Notes: generated by a model from the sequence alone, not told the origin. A stretch of DNA of 64,000 bases from Alphaproteobacteria bacterium (GCA_965237415.1 CBDEFM010000002.1:3936001-4000000), one strand, 5' to 3'. Positions 19,297 through 29,019 are shown, counted from the first letter of the stretch. Translations and numbers: made by a program.

Positions 19297-20124
19297 ATGA
19301 CAGTGCGGCTTCTTCGCGCGAGACACTGGCTCGGAGGCCGCACGCCGCAATCGCGGAGGGCGCTCGTTGTGGGCTGCGCCTTGGTTCTGATCGGCTCCGC
19401 GACGGCGGGAACCCCGGCTGTCCCTGCGGAGGCGGATGGGGCGTACGCCGTGCGCGCGTCCCCGTGGGCGTCGGCTGCCGCCGAGGCGAGCGTTCTGGCC
19501 GACCGTATCCTGCAACGAGAGAGCGGCGACCTCCTGCTGGACGACAGGCGGCAGCGCACGCTCGGCCACGAGATCAAGCAGGCGTTGTCGCTCATCCGAC
19601 GCAGCTATCCGGCGATGGCATCGATTACGGCGCGGGACGCGCACGGCTCGGCGACGCTTCTTCTCGGCCTGGAGGGCGCGCTGCGCGATGCCGTCGTCGG
19701 CACGTGGGACGGCGAGAGCGTCTCCGCCCCGCCGCGAACTGGGCATGCGGCGTTCGATGCCCTCAATGCGACGCTCGGGCTCAGGGCGGTTCAGCCGTTC
19801 CCCGCCCTCGACTCGGTCGTCCTGCATCTCGACGAGCGCGCGAACATCGCTGCGGCGATCCGGGCGTATCGCGCGATCGACGGTGTCGCTTACGCTGAGC
19901 CCGACGCGGCGTTGGGGGATGGCCCCGATATCGAGGCGGCGAAAGTGCAGGGCCGCTGGCACTTCGTCTTTCGCCGGGCGTGGGGCGACTGCCCCTCCGG
20001 CTGCATCGACGAGGAGCTTTCGTTCTTCACCGTGGGGGAGGGAAAGGCCGAGCTTATCGAGCCCGCACGGGCGCGCAGCATGAATGCCTTCGCGGCGCTC
20101 CTCGCCCGCCGAATCTGGCGCTAA
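19297..20124 (+). CDS. Hypothetical exported protein with C-terminal WGDCPSGC motif
   Basis: Signal-peptide-like RRALVVGCALVLIGSATAG; IDGVAYAEPD...GDGPDI...WGDCPSGC. Confidence 0.65.
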   Translation: MTVRLLRARHWLGGRTPQSRRALVVGCALVLIGSATAGTPAVPAEADGAYAVRASPWASAAAEASVLADRILQRESGDLLLDDRRQRTLGHEIKQALSLIRRSYPAMASITARDAHGSATLLLGLEGALRDAVVGTWDGESVSAPPRTGHAAFDALNATLGLRAVQPFPALDSVVLHLDERANIAAAIRAYRAIDGVAYAEPDAALGDGPDIEAAKVQGRWHFVFRRAWGDCPSGCIDEELSFFTVGEGKAELIEPARARSMNAFAALLARRIWR

Positions 20125-20149
20125 TCGGGTTGGAAGCGGGGGCGTCCGC

Positions 20150-21262
20150 TCAGGCCGCGGGCAGGTCGAAGTTGTAGAAGCGGGCGCAGTTGTTGAAGGT
20201 GATGTCCCGCCGGATCTCTTCATCGAGATGGCCGAACACGCGGTCGATCACCTTCATCGTATTCGGGTAGGTGCAGCGCGCGTGCGGGAAGTCCGAACCC
20301 CACATGATGGTCTTCGGGTCGACCACGTCCAGCACCTTGTCGAGGTAGGGATCGTCGATCAGCCCGTGGTAGATCTGGCTTAGATACGCCTCGACCGGCC
20401 GCTTGATCTTGGGGATATCCATCGCCGGGCCGAAATCGTCCTGGATCTGCTTGGCGCGGAACAGCCAATAGGGCAGCCAGCAGACCTCGTATTCCGAGAG
20501 CACCAGCTTCAGCTTCTCGAAGCGGTCGAGCACCCCGCCGAAGATGAACTCGTTGGCGAGCACGGGGCCTGCCTCCGCCAGGACATTCAGCGTGCTGCGC
20601 GCCATGTTGATGCGCTCGGACCCATGCAGGGTGAAGGGGTCGACCTCGTTGCCGGTGATGATATGGAGCGTCACCGGCTGGTCCAGCTCCTCTGCCCGCG
20701 CCCAGAAGGGATCGTAGTGCTTGTCCTGGAACGGCGGCCACTCGGGGCGCGCATCGCAGTTGATGATCACGCTCTTGAGCCCGCGCTTGGCGGTACGCTC
20801 CAGCTCCTTGCAGGCCCATTCGATGTCCGCCATGTGGATCATCGAGGTGCCGTAGAGGCGCTTCGGCGCGTGGCTGCAGTATTCGGCGAGCCAGTCGTTG
20901 AACACCTGGCACAAGTCCTCGACCAGCCGGTCGTCCCGCGCGCGCAGCGCGTAGAGCATCCAGGTGGAGTTCACGATCTCGCCGATGACGCTGTCCTCGT
21001 CCATGCAGACGAGACGGATCGCGGGGTCGATACCCGAGCCGACCAGCTTCCGCTGCAGCTCCTCGTCGCCCTCGACGATCTCGTCCACGCGGACGTATTC
21101 GAGGCCGGTGAAGAAATGATCGGCCTTGACGCCTGCATGTTCGGAGACCATGCGGGGCACGGCATCGCCGTAACGCGCACCCAGCGGCTTCGACCAGAGA
21201 TCCGCCGGCTCGATGACGTGGGAATCGCCGGAGATGACGGGGAGTTGCCCGTTCGTCGCCAT
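20150..21262 (-). CDS. Amidohydrolase_2 family metallo-hydrolase/decarboxylase
   Basis: ISGDSHVIEP, YDPFWARAEEL, LHII, GVLDRF, MWGSDFPH. Confidence 0.88.
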   Translation of the reverse strand: MATNGQLPVISGDSHVIEPADLWSKPLGARYGDAVPRMVSEHAGVKADHFFTGLEYVRVDEIVEGDEELQRKLVGSGIDPAIRLVCMDEDSVIGEIVNSTWMLYALRARDDRLVEDLCQVFNDWLAEYCSHAPKRLYGTSMIHMADIEWACKELERTAKRGLKSVIINCDARPEWPPFQDKHYDPFWARAEELDQPVTLHIITGNEVDPFTLHGSERINMARSTLNVLAEAGPVLANEFIFGGVLDRFEKLKLVLSEYEVCWLPYWLFRAKQIQDDFGPAMDIPKIKRPVEAYLSQIYHGLIDDPYLDKVLDVVDPKTIMWGSDFPHARCTYPNTMKVIDRVFGHLDEEIRRDITFNNCARFYNFDLPAA

Positions 21263-21271
21263 CGCTAGTCG

Positions 21272-22297
21272 CTAGTCCCTGAGCATGAGCAGCAGCTTCT
21301 GCCGGTAGTTGTCGGCGATCACCGCGAGGATGAGCAGGATGCCGATCACCACCAACTGCATATAGGAGCTGATGCGCAGGAGGTTCATGCCGTTCTGCAC
21401 GAGGATGATGAAGACGGCGCCCAGCACCACGTTCGGCAGCCGCCCCGTGCCGCCGAAGAGGCTGACGCCGCCGATGACGCAGGCCGCGATCGAGAGCAGC
21501 GGATACTCCTTGCCGATGTTCCCCTCGCCGCTTTCGAGGCGGGCGGTCAGCATGATAGCGCCGATGGTCGTGATCCCTGCGGTCACGACATAGGCCATGA
21601 ACAGATAGAAGCGGGTGCTGATGCCCGAGAGCTGCGAGGCCTTGAGATTGCCGCCGAGCGCGTAGAGATACCGCCCCATCCGCGTCCAGTTGAGGAAGGT
21701 GTACATCAGGATGACGAACCCGATGGTGATCCAGATCGGGACCGGGACGCCGAGCCCTCGGCCGTAACCGAGGACGTTCGCGAAGGTGTCCGGCATGCCG
21801 TAGATCGGCGTGCCCCCGGTGATCATGAGCGCGATGCCGAAGACGATGGACGACATGGCGAGCGTCATCATGAAGGGCGGCACGCGGAAGACCGCGACGC
21901 CGATGCCGTTGACCACGCCAATGCTGGTGCCGGCGCCGAAGCCCGCGAGGCAACCGATGAGGATCGCGCCCGTGCTGGCGACGCCGCCGTCCCAGGCACC
22001 GACCATGGCCATGGAGGTGATGACCGAGACCAGCGCGAACATGACGCCGACCGAGAGGTCGAGGCCCGCGGTCAGCAGCACGACCATCTGACCCATGGAG
22101 ACCATCACCAGGTAGGTCGCCTGGCGCGCGACCTGCATGAGATTGCGGCCGCTCAAGAAGTTTTCCGTGGTGATCGCGAAGACGACGACCGTGATGAGGA
22201 GGAACCAGGGAAGCACGCCCGCGCGGACGAAGATGAGCGTTGCGAAATACTCCGCTCTCTCCAATATCGTGGGGCGCTGCTGGGCGACATCGGCCAT
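21272..22297 (-). CDS. Monosaccharide-type ABC transporter permease (RbsC-like)
   Basis: GLDLSVG, VPPFMMTL, GRYLYALGGN, IAACVIGGVSLFGG. Confidence 0.92.
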   Translation of the reverse strand: MADVAQQRPTILERAEYFATLIFVRAGVLPWFLLITVVVFAITTENFLSGRNLMQVARQATYLVMVSMGQMVVLLTAGLDLSVGVMFALVSVITSMAMVGAWDGGVASTGAILIGCLAGFGAGTSIGVVNGIGVAVFRVPPFMMTLAMSSIVFGIALMITGGTPIYGMPDTFANVLGYGRGLGVPVPIWITIGFVILMYTFLNWTRMGRYLYALGGNLKASQLSGISTRFYLFMAYVVTAGITTIGAIMLTARLESGEGNIGKEYPLLSIAACVIGGVSLFGGTGRLPNVVLGAVFIILVQNGMNLLRISSYMQLVVIGILLILAVIADNYRQKLLLMLRD

Positions 22298-22313
22298 TAA
22301 CTCTTCCTCCGGG

Positions 22314-23891
22314 TCACGCCTCAGCCTCCTTCTCGAAGAAGTGGTGCAGAACCGATTCCTCCGAGATTTCCGATTGATCCAGCTCGGCGCGCAGTTCGCC
22401 GCGGTACATGACGTAGGCACGGTGCGTGAGGTGCAGTATCTCCGGCAGGTCCGATGAGATCAGGAGAACGCCGGCGCCGGCCTCGCAAAGATCGCGGATG
22501 AACTCGTAGATCGCCACGCGCGCGCCCACGTCGACGCCGACCGTCGGCTCGTCGAAGATGAACAGCTTGACGTCGCGCACCAATGACTTGCCCACGAGCA
22601 CCTTCTGCTGGTTGCCACCTGAGAAATGCTCGAGATTGCGCTCTATGTTGAGCGGCATCAGGTCCAGATCCCGCGCGATGTCGCGCACGACCTTGCGTTC
22701 GTTGGCCCTGCGCAGAAAGAGGGGGTTCGAGAACTTGGAGAGCCCGAGCGAGGGCAGCGCCACATTCTCCCGCACGTTCTGCATCATGATCAGGCCCTCT
22801 TTGCGGCGGTCCGAGGGCAGGTAGTAGACGCCGCGGTCGAGCATCCGGCGCGGGCCCAGCTTGTTCACGTGCTTGGCTCGGTCGTAGACGACCTCGCCGT
22901 CGAAGGCGATCGAGCCAGCCCTGATGCGTTCGAGGCCGAAGCATGCACGGCCGAGGTCGGACTTGCCCGACCCCACCAGGCCAGCGAGGCCCACCACTTC
23001 GCCGCGCCGCACGTTGATCGAGACGTCGTTCACGTAGTGCTTCGCGGTGATGAGCCCTTCGATCTCCAGCAGGGTTTCCGCCGGGTTGCGCTCGATGTGC
23101 GGGAAGATCTGGTCGATGACCCGGCCGGTCATCAGCTCGACGAGCTTCTGGTCGCTCGCTTCCTCGACGGGAATGGTGTCGATGTGAACCCCGTCGCGCA
23201 GCACGGTGATGCGATCGCCGATCCGCTTGATCTCGTTCATCCGGTGGGTGATGTAGATGATGCCGATGCCTTCGGACTTGATCTGCTCGATCAGCCCGAA
23301 CAGCCGGTCGGTCTCGCGTTCCGTGAGCGAGGCGGTCGGCTCGTCGAAGATCATGATATCGGGCCGGGTGCGGAAGGCCTTGGCGATCTCCACCATCTGC
23401 TGCTCGGCGCGGGAGAGGTACATCACCTCGTCCCGCGGCCTGAGCGGGAAGCCCAGGCGGTCCAGCGTCTCGCGCGCCTGCCTGGCGAGCGCCGCCTTAT
23501 TGAGGAGCGGCCCCCGCGTCAGCTCATCGCCGAGGAACAGGTTCTCCTCGACCGTGAGCTGCGGCACCAGCGAGAATTCCTGAAACACGGCGCTCACGCC
23601 GAGCTGGCGTGCGTGATGCACCGAGTGAATGACGGTCGGCTGGCCACGCAGATGGATCGTTCCGCCGGACGGCCTGTGGACGCCGGCGACGACCTGAATC
23701 AGCGTCGATTTGCCCGCGCCGTTCTCGCCGAACAGCACGTGCACTTCGCCCGCGCGCACGTCGAAATTGACGCGATCGAGCGCGAGCGTGCCGGGAAATT
23801 GCTTCGAGAGATTTTCTAGCCTGAGAAGGACATCCCCGGAGGCGTGGGCCTCCGGGGACTCCTCAAGTGCAACGGCTGATGGTTCTGCCAC
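22314..23891 (-). CDS. Monosaccharide-type ABC ATP-binding protein (two NBDs, RbsA-like)
   Basis: GENGAGKST, DEPTASL, SDRRKEG, SGGNQQK, DEPTVGVDVG. Confidence 0.94.
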   Translation of the reverse strand: MAEPSAVALEESPEAHASGDVLLRLENLSKQFPGTLALDRVNFDVRAGEVHVLFGENGAGKSTLIQVVAGVHRPSGGTIHLRGQPTVIHSVHHARQLGVSAVFQEFSLVPQLTVEENLFLGDELTRGPLLNKAALARQARETLDRLGFPLRPRDEVMYLSRAEQQMVEIAKAFRTRPDIMIFDEPTASLTERETDRLFGLIEQIKSEGIGIIYITHRMNEIKRIGDRITVLRDGVHIDTIPVEEASDQKLVELMTGRVIDQIFPHIERNPAETLLEIEGLITAKHYVNDVSINVRRGEVVGLAGLVGSGKSDLGRACFGLERIRAGSIAFDGEVVYDRAKHVNKLGPRRMLDRGVYYLPSDRRKEGLIMMQNVRENVALPSLGLSKFSNPLFLRRANERKVVRDIARDLDLMPLNIERNLEHFSGGNQQKVLVGKSLVRDVKLFIFDEPTVGVDVGARVAIYEFIRDLCEAGAGVLLISSDLPEILHLTHRAYVMYRGELRAELDQSEISEESVLHHFFEKEAEA

Positions 23892-23939
23892 TGTGATGGG
23901 CCTCCACCAGTCTCGTTCTTAGTCAGCACGAAAGCGTGC

Positions 23940-25118
23940 TTAGTCGGTGCTGAACACCGGCGACCAGCCCTTGGGTGCGAGCGTCGTGGTGGTGTCGAAG
24001 TCCCCGTGGTTCTCCGGCGTCACCTGCATCGCCACCGGCTGCACATGCTCGATCATCCGACCGGTGTCGTTGTACTCGGGCCGACCGCCGGTCGCCGACG
24101 GCTTGCCCTCGAGGATGCGGACCGCCTGGTCGATGGCGATCCGCGACTGGATGATCATCTGGTCGGTCGGCGCCATGGCGACGCTGCCGCGGCCGACGAA
24201 CTGATGCATGCCGGGCGTGTAGTAGTAGGAGACGAGCTTGATCTCGTCCTGCAGGCCCAGGTCGCGGAGCGCGGCCATGCCGCCCTCGACCGCCGGCGCG
24301 ACGCCCACGATGTAGTCGAGATCGACGTCGTCGCCCGAGGTCTGTGCCTGAATCACGTCCTCGACGAGCTTGAGCTGGACCTCCTTACTGGTCTGGCCCC
24401 ACTTGGTCGAGATGACCTCGGCGTCGGTGCCCACGACTGCATCGTGGCAGCCCTGATTGCCGGCGACCGACCAGCTGGCTCCGGGCGGTCCCGGGAACCA
24501 GGCCAGCTTGACGTTGCCGCTGCCTGCGGGGTGCTGATCGGCGATCCACTTACAGGCGATGTGACCCATACTGTAGTAGCTTTCCAGCGACTTGGCATCG
24601 ACTTCGGTGTTGATCCCGTTGATCAGGTCGATCACCGGGATACCGCGGCCGCGCAACTCGTTCACCTGCTTGACGCTGCCCTCGGCGGAAATCGCGGAAA
24701 GTACGAGGATCTCGGCGCCGTTCGCGATGCAGTCCTCGACCTGTGAGAGCTGCCGCTCGAGCTTGTCGTAGCCGCCGGCTTCGATCAGGGAGATCTTCTG
24801 GCCGAGGCGCGTGCCCTCCTCGATGATCCCGTAGGCCGCGCCGACCCAGTAGGAGTCAACGAGGTGGGGGAAGGACACGCAGATATGGTGCTTGGCATCC
24901 ACCTCATCGGGCATCAGCGGCACGTAGTCCACGACCTCGAGGTTCTGGTTGGCGGGATCGGTCCAGCACGCCGGGTCGCCGTCGGTGCAGGACGGATTGT
25001 AAATCTCGACTTTGGCCGGCCACCAGACGCCGTCGTCTTGTGCCCGAGCGTCGGAGGCGGCGAAGCTGGACATAGCCATGCCCGCCGCGACTGCGACGCC
25101 TAAGGTCAGTTTCCACAT
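23940..25118 (-). CDS. torT: TorT-like periplasmic binding protein
   Basis: Signal peptide; ICVSFPHLVDSYW, EAGGY, WFPGP, KEVQLKLVED, IAIDQAVRILEGK, TLAPKGW match the TorT family. Confidence 0.75.
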   Translation of the reverse strand: MWKLTLGVAVAAGMAMSSFAASDARAQDDGVWWPAKVEIYNPSCTDGDPACWTDPANQNLEVVDYVPLMPDEVDAKHHICVSFPHLVDSYWVGAAYGIIEEGTRLGQKISLIEAGGYDKLERQLSQVEDCIANGAEILVLSAISAEGSVKQVNELRGRGIPVIDLINGINTEVDAKSLESYYSMGHIACKWIADQHPAGSGNVKLAWFPGPPGASWSVAGNQGCHDAVVGTDAEVISTKWGQTSKEVQLKLVEDVIQAQTSGDDVDLDYIVGVAPAVEGGMAALRDLGLQDEIKLVSYYYTPGMHQFVGRGSVAMAPTDQMIIQSRIAIDQAVRILEGKPSATGGRPEYNDTGRMIEHVQPVAMQVTPENHGDFDTTTTLAPKGWSPVFSTD

Positions 25119-25156
25119 AGTCGTCTCTCCCTCTGGTCATGGACCCGTATCGGCGA

Positions 25157-25183
25157 AGGCGCCGGTAAACTTCGCCGGCGCCT
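25157..25183. other. GC-rich stem-loop between nicX and the binding-protein gene
   Basis: AGGCGCCGG / CCGGCGCCT arms. Confidence 0.5.
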
Positions 25184-25303
25184 ATGCCATCACGTCTCCG
25201 TGCGGCGCGCATATTACGGTTCGACGTACCGCACCGCAAATACCCATCTTCGCTCGCGAAACCCGCCCCATCGCCGGTGTAAAGGGCAGGGATACGCGCC
25301 GAA

Positions 25304-26344
25304 TCAGTGGGCCGGCGCCCGCATGTCCTCAGGCACGACCGCGCCGTCCTCCACGACGAGCTCGTCGTCGAGCCAGAGCGAACAGCCCTGCATCGGCAGG
25401 TCGAGGTGGCAGGGCGTGTCGTTCTCGCCGCCGAACTCCGTATCGGGGCCGAGCGAGAACAGCACGTTGCCGTAGTGCGCGCGGCCGTCCATCCCGATGC
25501 CCGGCAGGTCGGGCCGCCAGATGCAGTGATGGTTCAGGCCCCAGCCGATGTGCGAGACCGCGTAGGCACGCGGGTCGTTATAACCCTCGATGAAGCCGCG
25601 CAGGTTGTCGGCGCGCGCACCGCCGCTGATCTCCGTCACCATGCCGCCCTCGATCTCGAAGGCGATCCGCTCGCCGGTGAATTCGCGGAGCGGGAAGACG
25701 ATGTCGTCGGCCTCCATCACCACCCGACCGTTCACGCCGCGCTCGGCCGCAAGTGTCGCGAGGAAGCCCCCCGGCCAGTGGTCCCAGCGCCCAGGCTTCG
25801 TGGTGTAGCCGTACTCCGTCAGGATCGGCTTGTCGGCGAGCGTGTAGGTCACGTCCGTGCCGGCATCGTTGGTGAAGCGGAGCCGCTCCGCCGCGGTGAG
25901 TCGCCGCTCGCCGGCCTCGACGCGCGCGCGCATCTCGGCGGTCGGGAACAGGCGCTCCAGAATCTCCACCGGCTCCACGACGAGCAGGATGCGGGAGTCC
26001 GCCTCTTGCATCGCAATCTGCTCGTGGGAGAAGAGGAGGAGCATGTGGTCGACGACCATGTCGGCGTCCTTGCAGGTCTGCATCGCCTCCGGGTGCTTGC
26101 TCAACGCGTTCTGCCCGATATTGGCGATCCTGACCGCCGGGTCCTCCGCGCCGTCCGAGGGGAGGTGCACGTCCGCCACATCGGCGCCGAGGTCGCGCGC
26201 CGCGGCCAGCGAGGCTTCTCTATAGTTCCCGAGCTGATCGCCTTCCGAAAGGACGGCGACCGTCTCCCCCGGCCCTACCTCGCAGAGCTCCAGGTTGCGC
26301 CTGAACAGCTCCGTCAGTCGTGCCTGATCCTGCTGTGTGCTCAT
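25304..26344 (-). CDS. nicX: 2,5-dihydroxypyridine 5,6-dioxygenase (NicX family)
   Basis: RILLVVEP, TEYGY..PGRWDHWPGGF, SHIGWGL, MDGRAHYGNVLFSLGP, TPCHLDLP (His/His/Asp iron ligands), colinear with recalled P. putida NicX. Confidence 0.82.
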   Translation of the reverse strand: MSTQQDQARLTELFRRNLELCEVGPGETVAVLSEGDQLGNYREASLAAARDLGADVADVHLPSDGAEDPAVRIANIGQNALSKHPEAMQTCKDADMVVDHMLLLFSHEQIAMQEADSRILLVVEPVEILERLFPTAEMRARVEAGERRLTAAERLRFTNDAGTDVTYTLADKPILTEYGYTTKPGRWDHWPGGFLATLAAERGVNGRVVMEADDIVFPLREFTGERIAFEIEGGMVTEISGGARADNLRGFIEGYNDPRAYAVSHIGWGLNHHCIWRPDLPGIGMDGRAHYGNVLFSLGPDTEFGGENDTPCHLDLPMQGCSLWLDDELVVEDGAVVPEDMRAPAH

Positions 26345-26355
26345 GATTTCGGCTC

Positions 26356-27627
26356 CTATTCCGCCGCGCTCACCAGCGCCGTGTAGCCGCCGTCGCGCGG
26401 CTCCCTGCTGCGCGAGGCGCTCTCGCGCAGGGCTTCCTCGCCATCCTGGCGGCGCCTGGCACGGGCCTCGTCGTCTTCGCTCAAGAGTTTGTCGAGATAG
26501 TAGTTGAGAAGATGATGGATGGCGCGCTCCAGCTTGACCGTCGGCCCCGGCCGGAAGGCGCGCGAGCCGACGCCGTTCTGGAGCGATTCCAGCATCGCCC
26601 GGTCCTCGTTCGCGACCAGCCGGATGAAGTCGGCATAAATCTGGCTCTTCTCCTCGAAGGCCGGCTCGTCGAAATAGGCGTCGGGCAATTGCGTGTAGAT
26701 GATGATCTGGGTGGTGGTGTGGTCGATCGGCAGCGCCACCCAAGGCTGGATCAGGTCGTGGCGGCCGAAGATGTTCATGGTCGGCCGGATCCACGTGGTG
26801 CACGCGAACTTGTCCGTCACCTTGCCCTTGAGCCACGGCATGGTGTCGAAGAGCGTGACGCCGTTCGGCGCCATGGTGAAGCTCTCGTAGGCGGCGTTGT
26901 AACCGTTCTTCTGCAGGTTGAAGCGGAAGTCGTTGACCGGGAAGTGCCCGCCGAATGACTCATTGTGGATCACGCCGACGTGGTACATGTCCATCAGATT
27001 CTCGGGGATGAACTTCCAATTGCACGGCACGTCGAAGACGTACTTGTCCGATGTCCGCGTGTTCTCCGGCTGCAGGAACGCCGCGAACTCCCTGATCCCG
27101 TCCTCGTCCAGATAGTCTGCGAGGCTCGGGCAGTCGGGGTCGAAGTTCACGAAGATGTAGCCGCCCCACGTATCGAGATTGACCCGCGGCAGCGCGCACG
27201 ATGCGAAGTCGAAGCCTTCGACCTCCTTCGAGTGCGGCGCGCCGAGCAGCTTGCCCTCCAGGTCGTAGACCCAGGAGTGATAGGGGCAACGGAAGCTCTT
27301 GCACGTCCCTTCGCCGGTCGCGACCTCGACGCCCCGGTGCCGGCAGACGTTGTTGAAGGCGTTAAGGGCGCCGTTGGCGTCGCGACAGACGAGCAGGGGC
27401 TCGCCCGCGATCCGCATGGCCCGGTAGTCGCCTTCGTTCTCGAACTCCTCCACGCGGCCGACGCAGAGCCACTCCTTCATGAAGATGGTTTCGACCTCGT
27501 AGTCGAAGATCTCGGGCGCCGTGTAAAGGAAGCCCGGCAAATGCCGCGCCTGGCCGAGGTTCCGGCGCGTCTCCCTGATCGCCTCGAGAATGCTCTCGTC
27601 GAGCGTGACGCCCCGATTCTGCATCAC
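26356..27627 (-). CDS. Rieske non-heme iron oxygenase alpha subunit (choline monooxygenase/CntA-like)
   Basis: Rieske CRHRG...CPYHSW; NWKFIPENLMDMYHVGVIH; NED iron ligand. Confidence 0.9.
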   Translation of the reverse strand: MMQNRGVTLDESILEAIRETRRNLGQARHLPGFLYTAPEIFDYEVETIFMKEWLCVGRVEEFENEGDYRAMRIAGEPLLVCRDANGALNAFNNVCRHRGVEVATGEGTCKSFRCPYHSWVYDLEGKLLGAPHSKEVEGFDFASCALPRVNLDTWGGYIFVNFDPDCPSLADYLDEDGIREFAAFLQPENTRTSDKYVFDVPCNWKFIPENLMDMYHVGVIHNESFGGHFPVNDFRFNLQKNGYNAAYESFTMAPNGVTLFDTMPWLKGKVTDKFACTTWIRPTMNIFGRHDLIQPWVALPIDHTTTQIIIYTQLPDAYFDEPAFEEKSQIYADFIRLVANEDRAMLESLQNGVGSRAFRPGPTVKLERAIHHLLNYYLDKLLSEDDEARARRRQDGEEALRESASRSREPRDGGYTALVSAAE

Positions 27628-27702
27628 TCAATTTCCCCCTTTGTTTGCCATTTCCGCCAGTATAGCGGCCCGCCCCCGGCGAGTCCGCAGGCGCCGACGC
27701 GT

Positions 27703-29019
27703 CTACACAGGGCAGCGGGTGAGCAGGCGGCCCTCGTCGTCGAAGCGGAGCGCTTCTGCCTCCCCCAGCACCGTTCCGTCGCCGTTCAGCTCGGCGGCGA
27801 GCGGCGGCGAAACGAGTATCGTCTCCAGATGCAGGGTCGAGCGGATCAGGCAAAGCCGCGCCTCGGCCCCGTCGAGCCGCCAGCTGGTGCCGACGGCGGC
27901 CTGCAGCGCCGCCTTGTCGCTCGCGAGCACGGCCGGGATTCGCACCCGCTCGGTAAACGTCGCGGTGCAGGCGTTCATATACATGGCATAGAGGTCGAGT
28001 TGGTCGGCGACCGCCTTGGTCGTGTAGTCGGCCGAGCCTACGCCGAGACCGTTGCCGTGGGTCTCCGGCGTCAGCCCCAGCACCACCAGCTTGCTGATCA
28101 CCGGTGCCGGCGGGTTCGGGCGCCCGCGGATGTCGTAGCGCGCGGTGACCGCAGGATCCATGCCGGTGCCGGAGATGTTCTTGCCGAGCCTTTCCACCGC
28201 GAGCACGTCGATCTGCTCGAAGGGGAGCTTGGGGATGCAGCCCTTGGCCGTCTTCAGCAGGCGGGCGTCGGTCTCGTAGAAGGCCTCGGGCTCGGCGCCT
28301 TCGATCACCGCCGCCTCGCGCGCGGCGTTCTCGACGATGGCGATGCCGTAGGCGACCGGGGCCTCGCGGATGACGATGCGCGCCCACTCGGGCAGCACCT
28401 CCATGTAGCCGCGCACGCCGAGGCGATGCACAAAGCGTGCGCCCTCGGCCTTGCCGAGGCCGATGGCGACCATCTTGGTGAGCCCGCTCTCCACCTCCCG
28501 GTCGAAGGAGGTGTGAGACTTGACCCGGCCCACCACCAGCACGGCGTCGGCCTCGAAGGCGCGGCGGTCGAAATGGACCGCTATGCCCGCGCTGGTTTCG
28601 CCCAGCCGCACGACCTCCATGCTGGCCTCGATGGGGCAGCCCATGGCCTCTTCCGTGAAGCCGAGCTCGGCCAGCAGCGTCACCTGGCCGGTGGCGACGG
28701 CGCCGCCGTGACTGCCCATCGCCGGCACGATGAAGGGTGCGAGCTCGCGGTCCTTGAGCCAGGCGACCGCAGCCTTGACCACCGCGGGCTTGCTGCGGAT
28801 GCCCCGGCTGCCGCACGTGATCGCCACGCGCGCGCCTGCCGCGAGCGCGGTGAGCCGCTGCGAGGCATCGAGGGCCGCGCGGGTGGCGGCGGCTACGTCG
28901 TCGAGCGCCGGAACGTCGGGGTGACGCAGCGCCACCGGCATCACCGGCGGCAGCGGCTCGCTCTCGAACTGCGGCAGCGCGATGGCGGGGAAGGTCGGGC
29001 TCGGCGTGTTCAGGGTCAT
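27703..29019 (-). CDS. Lactate racemase (LarA/DUF2088)-like domain protein
   Basis: GSRGI, PAMGSHGGA, RVKSHTSF, ESGLTKMVAIGLGK, GKNISGTGMD, HGNGLGVG. Confidence 0.75.
   Translation of the reverse strand: MTLNTPSPTFPAIALPQFESEPLPPVMPVALRHPDVPALDDVAAATRAALDASQRLTALAAGARVAITCGSRGIRSKPAVVKAAVAWLKDRELAPFIVPAMGSHGGAVATGQVTLLAELGFTEEAMGCPIEASMEVVRLGETSAGIAVHFDRRAFEADAVLVVGRVKSHTSFDREVESGLTKMVAIGLGKAEGARFVHRLGVRGYMEVLPEWARIVIREAPVAYGIAIVENAAREAAVIEGAEPEAFYETDARLLKTAKGCIPKLPFEQIDVLAVERLGKNISGTGMDPAVTARYDIRGRPNPPAPVISKLVVLGLTPETHGNGLGVGSADYTTKAVADQLDLYAMYMNACTATFTERVRIPAVLASDKAALQAAVGTSWRLDGAEARLCLIRSTLHLETILVSPPLAAELNGDGTVLGEAEALRFDDEGRLLTRCPV

Noticed and set aside
25304-26344. Leucyl aminopeptidase (M29) annotation
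   Set aside because: Same fold, but the specific motifs (PGRWDHWP, SHIGWGL, CHLDLP) and the Rieske context favour the NicX family
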